A DNA stretch of 64,000 nucleotides, from contig CM052849.1 in NCBI GenBank assembly GCA_028534125.1, positions 20,274,001 to 20,338,000 on the forward strand, read 5' to 3'. The position numbers were made by a program, and so were the translations under genes. The DNA comes from Lama glama. Its lineage: Eukaryota. Positions 1 through 12,199 of this stretch are shown piece by piece (the stretch's first letter is position 1; each line of letters opens with the position of its first letter). Under the pieces are notes generated by a model. The model ran no database searches, had not been told where the DNA came from, and saw nothing but the letters and a program-made list of their open reading frames with translations.

Positions 1-969
1 TAGGAAACTAGAGGAAATTAAGTGCTCATGAAGCACCTTCCTTCACCCCTCCCCTAACGGTTGGTTTTTGAGAGAAATACTGTGTTTACGTTGCGGAGTT
101 AGAAGCAATATTTACCTTCTGTAAGTGTGAGTCCCTGATTGGTTAGTCTTAGTTCCATGGATTCGTATTTTTTCACCAGAGCGTCTCCGTTGGAGCTCTG
201 GGTCGTTTGAATTTCATAAACAGGTTTTACAAGGATTCTGTTTCATGACTTTTCATATCCTTGAAAAGTACCTACCTTCAGCCCTTGTGCAGAGGAAAGC
301 TTGTCTGGGTATGAAACTCGTGGGTTGCATTTTCTGTCCCAAGATCTTTGTGCCCTAGAGGTCGCGTGGTCCCTCCCGCCAGGGAACCCGGTCGCTGGCT
401 CTGGCCACCACTGGGTGAGTGGGTTCGTCAGCAGCAGGTCCCCCTCAGTTGTTCCTGGGCGCTGCTCTCTGAGGTCTCTCACTTTTGAAAATGTCCGTAT
501 TGCCTTCGGACATAAGTAGCAGCTGGGCGGAGAGTTACGTGCTGCTGCGTCACAGCTGCCTGAGCTCAGGGGCGTGGCGGGGCTTCCCCCCAAGACGGAA
601 TGCCTCAACAAGTCTTCCTTACATCTTAAAAACTTACTCGGCGTACAGCCCCAGCTTTCCCACAATAAACCCTTCCAGTCAGAGACTCCGTTCTCATTAC
701 TGGGAAGTGACTTCCTGTTGTACCTCTGAGCGTCTTTTAAAAGACGCCAGCTTCCGTATTTCACGTCATCATTTTCTTCTGTGCGTCTTTCCTCTTCTGG
801 TTTTTGCTTTTGTCTGTTTCTCGTGCGCACTCAGCACGGTGGCGTCCACCCTCCATCCCTCTTCTCCTGTGCTGGTGACTTGGTTGTTTTCACCTGCATC
901 TGGTCTGTTCCTTACAGTTTAAGATTCACGGGCTCAGCGGCGGTGGTGCCGGGTCCTGTCTGTGTGCTG

Positions 970-1250
970 AGCTCTGCGGCAGGGCTGGGCCTTCCCTTGC
1001 AGGTCCAGGTGTGGCAGCGCCTGGCCTCTGCAGTTGCAGCGTGAAAGCCGCACAGGCTGTCGGGGTCGAGGCTGTGCCTGGGCCCCGGAGAGCTTAATTT
1101 CGGGACAGCGAACCTGCATTTCATAGAATATTTCCATCATGAATTGTTGTTCGGTTTTGTTGTTGTTGTTCTGTTTAAAAACGTGAAGCCCTCCCAGCTC
1201 TCCAGGCTGTGCTGGACCGGCTCTAGCTCAGCAGGGTCCCTTCCGGCTCG
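970..1250. mobile_element. Degenerate hAT-Charlie MER58B-like element
   Basis: Recalled similarity of 'gctgtgcc...ttaattt...tttcatagaatattt...tttaaaaacgtgaagccctcccagctc' to MER58B; heavily diverged. Confidence 0.35.
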
Positions 1251-4200
1251 CTGCTTGTTGTATTTCCTTTTCTTTGTCCTCAGTTGAAGTCCTGTCTCTC
1301 CAGATTCACCTGTGGCCCCCAAAAATCTCAGAGGCTCATGGATTCACGTCCTTCCAGCCTGGGCTCTCTGCTGCTCGTGTGGCACGCTCCCCACTGGGTT
1401 CCCTGTGCTGTGCCTTCTCCCTCCTGGCTTCCCCGACAGGTCGGCAGCGCTGCCAGACCTCTCACCCCGCAGCGCTGGGCCTCGCTGCGGAGTCGCTCCT
1501 TCTCTGCTCTCTCCTGAGACCCTGCCACGCCCCAGGGCAGAGGTTCTTCCCCAGTCGGGGATCCGTGGGGGGCATCCTAACCTTGCAGAGCCCCCAGCCC
1601 CGTCGGGGTGGGGGGCTCGCGACCGCTCCCAGGCCTCCCCACGCCTCTGTGGCTTCGCTCCTCCTCGAGGTCCCGGCCTCAGGCCTGGGCCACCTCTTTC
1701 TCACCCGGGCTCTCCTGGACCTGTTTTTTACTAACCTGCCTCCAGAAGCTCGATACAGTATTAAAAATTCAAAACTTTTTGCTTTTAGGGGTCACTGCTG
1801 AAGACTTTAAGTAATGGTTAGAGACAAGGCTTTTCGAGAAGTAAGCTTCATTTGCAAAAAGAGCGGTCACTTTTAAACACTGGCCTTTAGGTTGCGGGGT
1901 CACACGTCTGTGCTTCTAAAGCTGATTTGTTTGGGGGGCTTTCCCGCTTCACACGTGTCACCGTCTTGCGTGGCTGCAGAAGTCATTGGATTTCCCTCTT
2001 CCTGCTTGGTGACAGCAAAACAAGTCCCCTTGTGCCGGGGACTTTTCTTCCTGAAACACTGAGCTGTCCGGAGGTGGCAGGGGACTAAACAAACAGGATG
2101 GGCACGGTGAGCCGCGTGGGAAGCTCCCACCTTCCAGCCCCTTGGCAGCCACCAGCCCTTGCTCTTGGCTGCGGCACACGCGGATGGTCCCGAGGCTCCG
2201 AGGCTTCGTCTCCTTCTGAAAATGTTTAGACACAGGGTGTGGTGATCCAAATATAAATGCTTCAGAGTATTTGCGGGGAGGGGCGGGCAATCGTATTTTT
2301 GCTTAAGTGCTGTGGGCGTAGCATTTTAAGGAGTTTTGGTTGGGCTGTGTTTTTTCCTTGCGATACAAGATTGCAAGTGAGAGGGCGCTGATAGCTGAGT
2401 ACCCCGCCTAAAACAAACCACGGCCAGGAGGGGTGTTTTAGGAATTCTTGAAAATTATCTGAGTCCAGGAGGTAAAGCCAGGAACCTTGAGAAAGGAGAT
2501 CAGAAGGCAATTGAGTGGGTAAGAGAATCTTAAGGAAAGGGGCAGAGAGAGAGAGGTTTCAGCTTTGAGTTCTCTCCTACGTCTCAAGCACCACGAGGTT
2601 TAAAATAGCCCTGGGCTTAGCGGGCACTTTGCTCAGCCTTGAAGATGCAGAGTTGAGTGATCAGTGCTCACCACTGAGCTGTGTTCTTCGTGCCTGTTGT
2701 GTAAGCTCCTGTGACTGACGTCTCCTGAGGGAAGGGTCTTCGATGTGAAGAGAGCACGACTCTCAGGGCAGGCAGGGGAAATTCTCAAGGCAAGGAGGCT
2801 TGTCCGAAAGGCCTGTGAAATGAGTACCAGGTTCAGGGGCCTGAGTCTTTGGACGCTAATAAAAACTTTACTAAGCTCTATTTTCAGCAAAGGAGTAGAA
2901 CTGTGGGATTTTACATTAGACAGTGAAATTACCCCGAATGTAACTCATTCTGACGTTGGTCTGCCAGCCAAGGACAGAAGAGGCAGCTCCCGGCCAGCCC
3001 CGCAAGGTAGCAGTTCTGGGATCATGGGTCCTAAAAAGGATTTAAGGCCGTTGAACTTACTAGAAAAGTCCGGGGATGCGGGTGGTGGAGAGCGTTGGCC
3101 TCCCGGGGAGGGCCGGGCCTGAGCCCCGGAGAGCAGCGGGCTCGCTCCCAGGTTCACTCCGCTGCTGACCCGGTGCTCGTGTGAATAAAATCAATCAGTT
3201 TTTAAGAATAGACTTACTTTTTGCTGCACAGCTCAGTAGAGCTGTTTTCATTCTTAGCACAGACACGTTTGTCTTCCCGGAACTGACGGAAGGGATTGCT
3301 CACCAGCCCTCCGGGGACCCTTTCCGTGCTCATGTTCTGTTCTGAGTGTTAAATTTATGTGAGATTAAGATCACATAGAAATATCAGTAAATTGGCCCTG
3401 AGTTTAGCAAGAGCAGAAGGGCTTTGGGAGGTGATTAGGCAGGCTCATCTGGCCTCGCGTGGCGAGCCTCTGCAGTCTCTGAGCACGCACAGGATCCGAG
3501 CGCGCGCCAGGACGTGCTCCCGCCCCGGAGCGGCTTGGCGTCTCCGCCCAGCTGTAGTGCCCTTAGGGAGTGCAGGTCCCCGTGAGGTTCCTCCCTGGGC
3601 TTCGTTTGCGTAGGCACTTCCGCGACTCGTGGTGTTTATTAAATCACGCGGCATTTAACTTGGGGTGAAACCCAACCCCTCCTGGAAAATTCAGCGTGAA
3701 ATCCTGAGAACGACAGACCTGGGGCTGCGTCAGGGCGTGGAAGCACAGTGGGAGCGGCAGGCGCCCCGGAGCCCCGCGCACCCCGCCGTGTCTCAGACGT
3801 GGTGCCGAGGCCCAGGATCGAGGCCGCGCCTGGCCTGGCCTGGCCTGGCCTCCATCACTCCAGGGGTTCTCGGAGCTTACTGTTCTTGAGAATTTCTGCA
3901 TTGGGGCTGGACATGTGTGCTCTGGTTGCTGGTCACTTTGAAGGGTTTTGAGGGCTGTGTGGCCCCGCTGCTGCGACAAGTGTGTGTCTCCAGAGAGCAT
4001 CCGTGATGGAGTGATGTCTGTGCACCTAGCTTCTTGTTCTTGGGGGTGTCTCGGCACGAGGGTGGTTAGAGGGCATGGGAGCCTTGCCATCGGCTGGCTT
4101 TGCTCATTAAATGCTGGCCTAGTGCCCGCTGTACACAAGAGCCGTGAAGCTGCCATTGCTGCTTTTAAGATGCTTCGCCCTCAGGGCAGTAGCTGTGCCA

Positions 4201-4311
4201 ACAGCCCTGATGGCAGGGAACTGCCCCGGGGGTGTGTGCACAGCCCCCAGGAGGGCAGAGCAGCGGCCCCTGAGCCGGCCTGGGGTGGGAGATGGTACTG
4301 GAAGTAAAAAC

Positions 4312-4710
4312 TTTTTTTTTTAATTGAAGTAGAGTTGANNNNNNNNNNNNNNNNNNNNNNNNNNNNNNNNNNNNNNNNNNNNNNNNNNNNNNNNNNNNNN
4401 NNNNNNNNNNNNNNNNNNNNNNNNNNNNNNNNNNNNNNNNNNNNNNNNNNNNNNNNNNNNNNNNNNNNNNNTTCCATATCTTGGTAAAATAGTGCTGCTG
4501 TGAACATTGGGGTGCATGTGTCTTTTCAAATTGGTGTTTTCATTTTCTTCGGATAAATACCCAGGAGTGGAATTGCTGTGTCATTTGGTAGTTCCTTTAG
4601 TTTTTTGAAAGATCTCCATACTGTTTTCCGCAATGGCTGCACCAGTTTGCATTCCCACCGATAGAGTACGAAGGTTCCCTCTTCTCCACACCCTTGCCAG
4701 CGTTTGCTGT
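4312..4710 (-). mobile_element. L1 3'-end fragment interrupted by an N gap
   Basis: Poly-T, then 'aattgaagtagagttga'; 'gctgtgaacattggggtgcatgtgtcttt...acccaggagtggaattgctg...gtttgcattcccacc' are typical antisense L1 3' motifs. Confidence 0.85.
4339..4471. other. Assembly gap (133 N)
   Basis: N run. Confidence 1.
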
Positions 4711-7261
4711 GTTTCAGAGGTGAGCTTTAGAAGGGGCTTCACGGCAGGAAAAGACACCGCGTGGAGGTGCCAGGGTCAGGAATGGGCCTCAGTGTCCACG
4801 AGGGAAAGTCCAGGAAGGGCTTCTCCCTAAGATCTTCTCATGTGCGACATCCCAGGCACGAAGTGAGAGCCGGGGAGGAACAGGGAGCTCCTCGCCCGCC
4901 GCCGGCACGTGCCATGCGGTGGAACGTCCGCCTTCCCTGCTCTCCAGCAGTGGTCTCGCTGCCATCAGGGTGATTTGGGGGTACACGTGGATTTCCACAT
5001 TCCTCTTCACCTTGGCGCCATGCGACTAGAATTTGTTGGAAAGGACTCAAGGGTGCGTGGGAAGAGAGGAGAGAGGGCACCCCCGTGCGTCTTCTTTAGG
5101 GTTCTGCTTCAAGTTGCTCCTCTGCGAGACCCCCTGGTGCGGTCCCGAGGGGCCCCCAGGGCATGCGGCTGGTGCCCCGTTCCCGGCGTGGGAATCCTGT
5201 CTGGGGTGAGACGCGGCTCGGGGCTCGGAGATGCCTGTAGGTGTTGGTTGGAGTTTTGTTTGGTCTTCATACCTGGAAACAGAACCTTTCTCTTTGTGAG
5301 CTCGGCTATGCATTTTTTAATTTTCCTTATATTTTAGCGAACATTTTAAACTACTTATAATGGGTGCGTTCCTGAGTTAAGTTAACCTGCTGTTTTGCTG
5401 ACAGGGCTGTTTTCAGCCCTTTGTTTTGATTTCACTTGATGAATGGCACAGGACAGTCGCGTAGCCTGCTGGTCAGTCTGCGTTTTCGTACTGCGCAGGA
5501 AGGATGCACGGCTTTGAAAATAGTTCATTCACCTCTGTTACGTGAAGAATGCATTAAATTGCCATTGCATAGCACGTACTGTTACTTGAAACTCAATTGT
5601 AAACTGTTCTTGGTTTTTAATTCACATGTCTCATTGGTTGTGGCTTCGATTTTCTAATGCATTTGGGGTGTTTTTAGGCAAGAGGCTGGTTGTCAGGACA
5701 GGACACAGTGTCTGTCCTCTCCATGAGATGTGACCCTTTGGGTGGTAGCAGGACTTGCTGTTCCCTCTCCCAGAGACCTGGGGCTGCCCTGGGGAGGGTC
5801 TTTGCGGGAAGTGCGGGTTCTCTGGGGGGTGTTCACTGTGGCCTCACTGATGCCACCTCACTTCCTCCTCCCCCTGCGGTGGCTCTGCCTGGGGGGGTGG
5901 GAGGAGCCCAGTAGCTTGATGTCTGCAGAGGAAGAGTGGGGATAGTGATTCCGTCCTTTCAAGGGTGATGTTGTATCTCACGGAAGCCTGGAAGCCTCCG
6001 TCCGTATTCGAATGCCTAATTTGGTTGGGAAAAGCTTGTATTTGCACTCTGCCCGCCCCCTTCAGAGATGTCATTCGAATGTTTCTGTGCTGAAGATCTC
6101 AGTGAGAGGGCGTTGAGGCCACACATCTTAGTTTGAAACTGTAGAGTTTGTGTTAATGTGTAACACGGCTGTTGCGCCACACAGGGCTGGAACGTCACAG
6201 CCTGGGAGTTCAGACATGTATAATTAATAAAAAGTAAGTCGTTAACAGCTGCGAATGTGCCGGGCACGTATAAATTATGTAGCTGTTCCAGCCTGAGATG
6301 GGAGGGCTGCGATCGAGCTGCTAATGAGGGGCTTACAAGTCGCTGTACCGCCGATGCCTCTCCCCCCCTCAGTGTGCGTTGCTGCAGACCGTAGTCAGTG
6401 TAAAGCTTTCACTGTTGGTAAATGTTTTTGTTTTAAAATAGACTAATGGAATATCAAAATAAAATTCTTCTATTAGGACAATCTTTTCACCATCCTCCAA
6501 TAAAGAAGAAATTAAATCTCCGTGTAGTCAGAACCAGTTGCTTATCTACAACAAGGTTAGAAATTTAAGTCCTTAAATAGATCATTGAATCATCTCCGAT
6601 TTTTCCGGTTTTGAATATTCCCCATCCCCCCAAAAAATAAACTTACAGAACTATTAATTGTTTTAAAAATGGGCTCTATCCTCTAGATATTTGCTTATGT
6701 GTCCAAAGTATAGAGGAGGCTAATATCCATCCCTGTGTATGAGAACAAGGCCCCGGGGCGATGTCAGCGTCCATCAGGACTGCTTAGGTAAACCGCGGTC
6801 GTCCGTGTCCTGGGGTGGGGCTTCCACCACGGGTGTTTGTATGAGAAGAGTGAGGCGCTTAGAGAACAGAGAGTTGGGGTCAAACAGGGAGACCAGCAAA
6901 GGGCGTTTGGTCCCCAGCACGGGTCGGCCCCCAGGCCACACAGGAGGGGCGCTGGCGCTGCGGACAGGGGACTGTGTCCTCATCTGCACGTTCTGCCCTT
7001 GGCGAAAGGGCCGTTTGTCTAGGCAGGCCCCCGTTCGGCTGCTTTGAATGTCCCCGTGCCTGCTCACGTCCCTTGTCCCTGGGTGTGTCTGGACACTGCC
7101 TGGTTCTTCTCGATTACCTGTCACGTGGGTGGCCTTTCTAGTATCAGAAGAATAAAGAGAGCAGTGTGGCTGGCAACGGGCGAGGGGTCGTGGCACTTGG
7201 GGAGGTGCCCCTGCTGCTGCGCCGGGGCCTCTCGGCTCACGCCCGAACGTGTCTTCCCCAG

Positions 7262-7499
7262 CAGCGGTGGCGGCCGTGTACTACAGCTACTACATGCTGC
7301 CCGACGGCACCTACTGCCTGGCCCCGCCCCCGCCCGGCGTGGACGTGGCCGCCTACTACGGCTCCCTGCCGGCGGGGGCCGCGCCCGGCTCCGCCCCCGG
7401 GGCCGCCGCCGCCCCGCCCCCTCCAGGGACCACGCCCCCGCCTCCCCCGGCCGCGGCGGAGACCAGCAGCGCGGGGACCTCCACCGCCATCGCCACAAG
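7262..7499 (+). CDS. SFSWAP: SFSWAP internal coding exon (approx. exon 8), Tyr/Pro/Ala-rich
   Basis: cttccccag|CAGCGG...ACAAG|gtaggc; encodes [26 protein letters not shown]...; phase 1 in, phase 2 out; NAGNAG acceptor allows an alternative start at 7265. Confidence 0.93.
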
Positions 7500-8476
7500 G
7501 TAGGCTCTGGCTTCTGCGGTCCCCCGGCGCGCGCGCTCCTTTATCATCGGGGTTTCGTGGAGGGTCTCCGCTGTCTGAGTAGTCATTACCTAGATCCCCA
7601 GGGTGCAGGGTCAGTAGCGCGACGGAAACTGTCATAGACACGCACAGCCGTGAGGTCTCACCCCTTAGAAGCTCCCAGGTGGCGTCCCGCACCGGCCCCC
7701 TTAACCCTGCCTCTCATGGGCTGACGGCTCAGTTGGGCCATACTAGGCAAATCAGTGGGAAGTGAAGCCAGATTATTTGCAAAAAATGCAGGATTTCACA
7801 AAGCTGGTGCAAGCGAATCTCTCACAAGCTGTTGGCCAGTGGGGATCTGGCCGGCAACCCAGCAAACCGCTGAGTAACAGAGCCAGCGAGGCTGGGACCA
7901 GAGCCCCAGCAGCTGTCACGGGCGGCGTGGAGTGGGGCGCTGAGGTCTGGAGGGAGCAGGCACTTTCTAAGAGGCACTGGAGTGTCTCAGGCTGAAAAGC
8001 GGTGCTCTGGAAATTTGATGGACACTTGGGTGTTTCTGCAGAAATGACCCACTTTCTGATCGTGCTAAGAAAGTCAAACATGAAGAGTGATGAGGCATGC
8101 TAGCCCGCGTTTTTTGTTTTCTGTTGTTAATATAGCAAAACTCCACACTTGACTTCTTGGTTGCTTCTAAGAATTAGCAATTGGAGGGAGATTTGAGGAG
8201 GGAAAAGATGAACCTATTTTTATGACCTGTGGTGTCATTAGTAACACCCCTGTTTTCATCTTTGGCAATGGTATCTCGGCCCTTGTTGAAAGGATTGACT
8301 GATGGGTTTCCTGTCGTACAAGTCACCGCGGGCAGAAGGCCTCCCTGTCTGTGTGTAACTTACCTGTTGGGGGGCCTGAGCCAGGGGAGCCCCTCCGGCA
8401 GTCGTGTGGACCCTCCCACCCGCGGCGATCTGGAGAAGGGTCCAGGCTGTGGACGTGACCAAGCTCTTCTCCGCAG

Positions 8477-8608
8477 CACACTGGCTCCGGTGGCCGCCAT
8501 CATCCCCCCACCCCCTGACATTCAGCCCGTGATCGACAAGCTGGCAGAGTACGTGGCCCGGAACGGCCTCAAGTTCGAGACCAGCGTTCGTGCCAAGAAC
8601 GACCAGAG
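8477..8608 (+). CDS. SFSWAP: SFSWAP exon (approx. 9), start of a SURP/SWAP motif
   Basis: ctcttctccgcag|C ACA CTG...CAG AG|gtgcgg; [44 protein letters not shown]. Confidence 0.96.
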
Positions 8609-9161
8609 GTGCGGTGCAGGGCTCTGTGGGCTGGAAGGGTGGTGTCGGGTTTAGGTCAGCTTCTTTGTGAATCTAGCTGCATTAAATGTATTTATTTCTT
8701 AATCCTTTTCTTCTTATTTACATAAATATATCTTGTTTAATTACTTAAAGTTGGGGTAGTGGCTTTTTAAATTATTCTCTGGATTTTTGTGTAGTTTGTT
8801 TTGCTTTATCTTTTAAAAATACTGAAGCTACCTAAAATAAAAGGCTGCAATTCACGCTTTTCAAGAATCCCCTGTGAAAATTTAGACACACACTGCAGTT
8901 TGTTTTGTTTAAGCAGATAGTGTTCCGTGCCTCTGGTGGTAAACTGAAAACAGGGCTTGTGGTTGCAGCGTGGTCTGCGTGACCGCGGACAGGCCCTCCA
9001 GTGCCGGCCCGTCTCCGGGTCTGTTGGGGGCCGAGGCCACTCGGCTCAGCCTCTGGGGCGTTGGGAGCCCGGGGCTCGAGCAGGCGGGTCAGTCGGGGCT
9101 GGGTGGGCTGCTGTCGCAGCGAGCGTGCCTTGTTGAGCGCCTGTCCCCCTTCTGCTCCTAG

Positions 9162-9255
9162 GTTTGAGTTCCTGCAGCCCTGGCACCAGTACAATGCCTA
9201 CTACGAGTTTAAGAAGCAGTTCTTCCTCCAGAAGGAAGGGGGCGACAGCGCACAG
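9162..9255 (+). CDS. SFSWAP: SFSWAP exon (approx. 10), end of the SURP motif
   Basis: ctgctcctag|G TTT GAG...CAG|gtgcgt; [31 protein letters not shown]. Confidence 0.96.
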
Positions 9256-10056
9256 GTGCGTGAAGCCTGGGGCTGCCTTGGTCTCACACATGATTTCAGG
9301 TGCAGTGTGTCTCGCATGTGCTGGATTTGACTTCTCTCGCCTCTCGCCTTAGGTCTGTTGAAATCTTTGACCCATGTTCATAGTCATTGATGATCATTTG
9401 TCCAGCACGTTCTAAGCAAAACATCCCTGTTTCTTCAAGCCTTAGATGTTTGGTCGGCTCTTATTTTTAACCGCGTTTGCTGGAAGCCGTGCCCTGTACT
9501 GCTGTCGGGCTGACGTGCACCTAGCGCACGAGACGTGGACCCAGGGGCACCAGCTGACGTGCGGGGGCTGCCAGCGGCTCCCTCAGGACTCCCCAGCACA
9601 TGTCCCCACGCCTGGTTCTTGTGCACCTGTCGGGAGCAGTTGTCCCCATCCTTGTCACCTTTCCTTCCTCTCCCCTGCTCTCCTCAGCTGGACACCCTCA
9701 TGTTTTTTAGAAACCTGTTTTGGTGGAGAGATGACGTAGGTTTTGCATGTCAGTGATCTCTGCACCTCGTGTCTCTGATTGCTCACGCTGAAGAGCGCGG
9801 CCTCAGCGGTGGGCACCGGGCACGACTGGTGCCTGGACGTAGCCTCAGTGACCAGCGAGCGCTGGTTCCCAAGATGGTGTTAGAGGGGTGGTCCCCCCTC
9901 CCGCCCTCCTTTAACGCTGCTGTGTCAGGAATAGTCCATCTGGGCAGAAGACGTGTTCCTTACACTTATGCAGGCGATGCCACACGTCCTCGTGTCCTTT
10001 CTGACACCCCATGTCGGTCCTGTGGAGCCGCTCACTGTCACGTTTCCCCTCCGCAG

Positions 10057-10228
10057 GCTGCGTCCACACCCGAGGAGGCTCCTGCAGAGTCTGCTCCTGA
10101 CACGCCAAGTGACACCGCCGGGGAGGGCACCGTGTCCGAAGACGCGGCTGACGTGGGAAGGGGCAGCTCCTCAGGGAAGAAGGAGGCGCCACCCAGCAAA
10201 GCCGTCCCAGACGGGAAGCTGGTGAAAG
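10057..10228 (+). CDS. SFSWAP: SFSWAP exon (approx. 11)
   Basis: tttcccctccgcag|GCT GCG TCC...AAA G|gtacgc; [14 protein letters not shown]...[10 protein letters not shown]. Confidence 0.94.
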
Positions 10229-12199
10229 GTACGCTGTCCTCGCCGCCGGGAGGCCCAGTCTTGACCTTGGCCTTGGAGATGTCACTTGATGCTAGCAAGG
10301 AGGAGCCTGGACCACTGACGGTCCGCTGCCGTTGACTGCGGCTCGGGAGGGAACTGGCGCCCCGTTACGTTGCTCCAGCAGAGCTTGCTTATGGCGGAGG
10401 GCTTTCCCGGTGTCCAGCTGAGAGTCGTCTGGATACAGGCTCGTCTTAGGTGCACGTTTATTTACAGCCTGTTGCAGTGATTTAACGGGAATGTTTAGAG
10501 TATTTCAAATAACTTTTGGTGCCCACTCAGACTTCTGAAACTCTGTGCAAACTGTTGCACCAGCGGAGTTCGTTTTCTTGGGTTGTGAAGGCAAGTGCCT
10601 AGAGGATCTCTGCTGGGCAGGGCTCCGCTCGCTCCATCCTGGTGCCTCGTGTGGAGGAATGCCTAAGGAGGAGTGGTCTCTGCCGGGACAAATGTGCTCG
10701 AAAAGAGCAAATGTAGACAAACAGGGAAGTGAAAAGCGGACATGGCTCGTGGCAGAGAACTCTGCAGTGGAGCCCCGCCTGCGGGGAGGCAGGGCCGGAG
10801 GGAGGGAGGGAGGCTGTGCCGCGAGAGGGCATCAGGCTGGGACGGAGCGCGGAGCGGGGCTCCAAGAGGCAGAGCAGGTGTTCAGAGGTGAGAAGTGGTC
10901 CAGGCAAGCGTGTGGTTCCCCGCCGGCATGTAGGCCTCTGCTCTGCCCCTATAGTGGGCCCAGGGCCTTCCCCAGGGGCAGCTGCACACCTTACAGGTCG
11001 GAGCAGAGGAAATCACGTCTCCAGTTTGGGAGTTTGTGAAGAGGTTGCAGCAGAGAAGCCACTGGGAGGTTGTGGGTGGAGCTGATGGTGGGAAACAGGA
11101 CTGCGTGAGGAGGGTAGGGAGCACTGTGGGGGTGCAGGGAGCAGAGAGGGTGCCAAATGGAGCAGGAAGGGCTGGGGTGGCAGGAGGCATTTTCTTTGCA
11201 GCGGGATGCCTTCTGTGATAGGCGGGTGGTCGAGAGTGACCAGAATGACCCGGGTGAGTGGCTGGGAAAATTCAGTGACTGAGGAAAGCGTAAACGTACC
11301 TTTGAGTTTGCCTGAGTGCTGGAGCTGCAGCTCTCCGCAGGGAGAGCCCCCGCACCACAGGCCTGCCCTTACTTACTCCATTCTCAGTCGCTCTTCGTTT
11401 CTTCAGTCACATAGAGTGAGGGCACGTCTTAATGATCTTTAGTCACAGGTATGACTAATTGTAAAGAGAAGCTTTAAAATGTCGCTGTTATAATCACTAA
11501 GGAGAAAGTACTGTTCTCTGCCTCTAGTTTGATCTGGACATGCTGGTCAATAGTCAAGCATTATGATTCTTTAAATACCACGAGAAGGTAACAGTTCCTG
11601 GGTAAGTGAAATGAGATCGACAGCTCCCCCCACAGAAGTGTCTCCAAGCCTCTCCGCCCAGGACGCTCCCTGAGCGCGCACTCTTCCTCTCTCACCTTCC
11701 CTAGCCACCTTCAGACGCTCGCCGAAATAAGCGGAAGATTATAATAAAGCAAAGACTGAAAACGGTTATTGCTCCAGAAACAGGAGAAAGTAGTGGTCAT
11801 GGTTCAGGAGGGCGGGCCAGCCGCCCTGGAATTCAGTTCATACGGAAGAGAAGGACATTTGGGGGCCCAGTGGCAGTGACCCTCGGGGGAGCCCATGTCA
11901 GCCAAAGCAGGGGGTGGGCAGCAGAGAGAGCTGCCAGGAGCATCCGAGGCCCCAGCAGGGGTGGCCTGCGTGCCAGGGGCCGCAGTGAGCTCCGTCCACA
12001 CTCCCACGGGTGTCTGGTGACTTGGCAGATGATGTAGCACTTAGGGCCCCCTTCCTGCTCCCTGAGCCCGAGATACCTGAGAGCTAGAACCCACCCCGCC
12101 CTCAACTCCGGAAAACACAGGCCTGCCTCTCCCTGTCGGGATGAGAAAGCAGAAGGTCAGGTGCCATGGCAGGACCGCAAAGGGATGGGGAGCGGTGAC

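Noticed and set aside
6249-6417. 48-codon open stretch after gttaacag
   Set aside because: No pyrimidine tract, and it ends in TAG before a weak donor.
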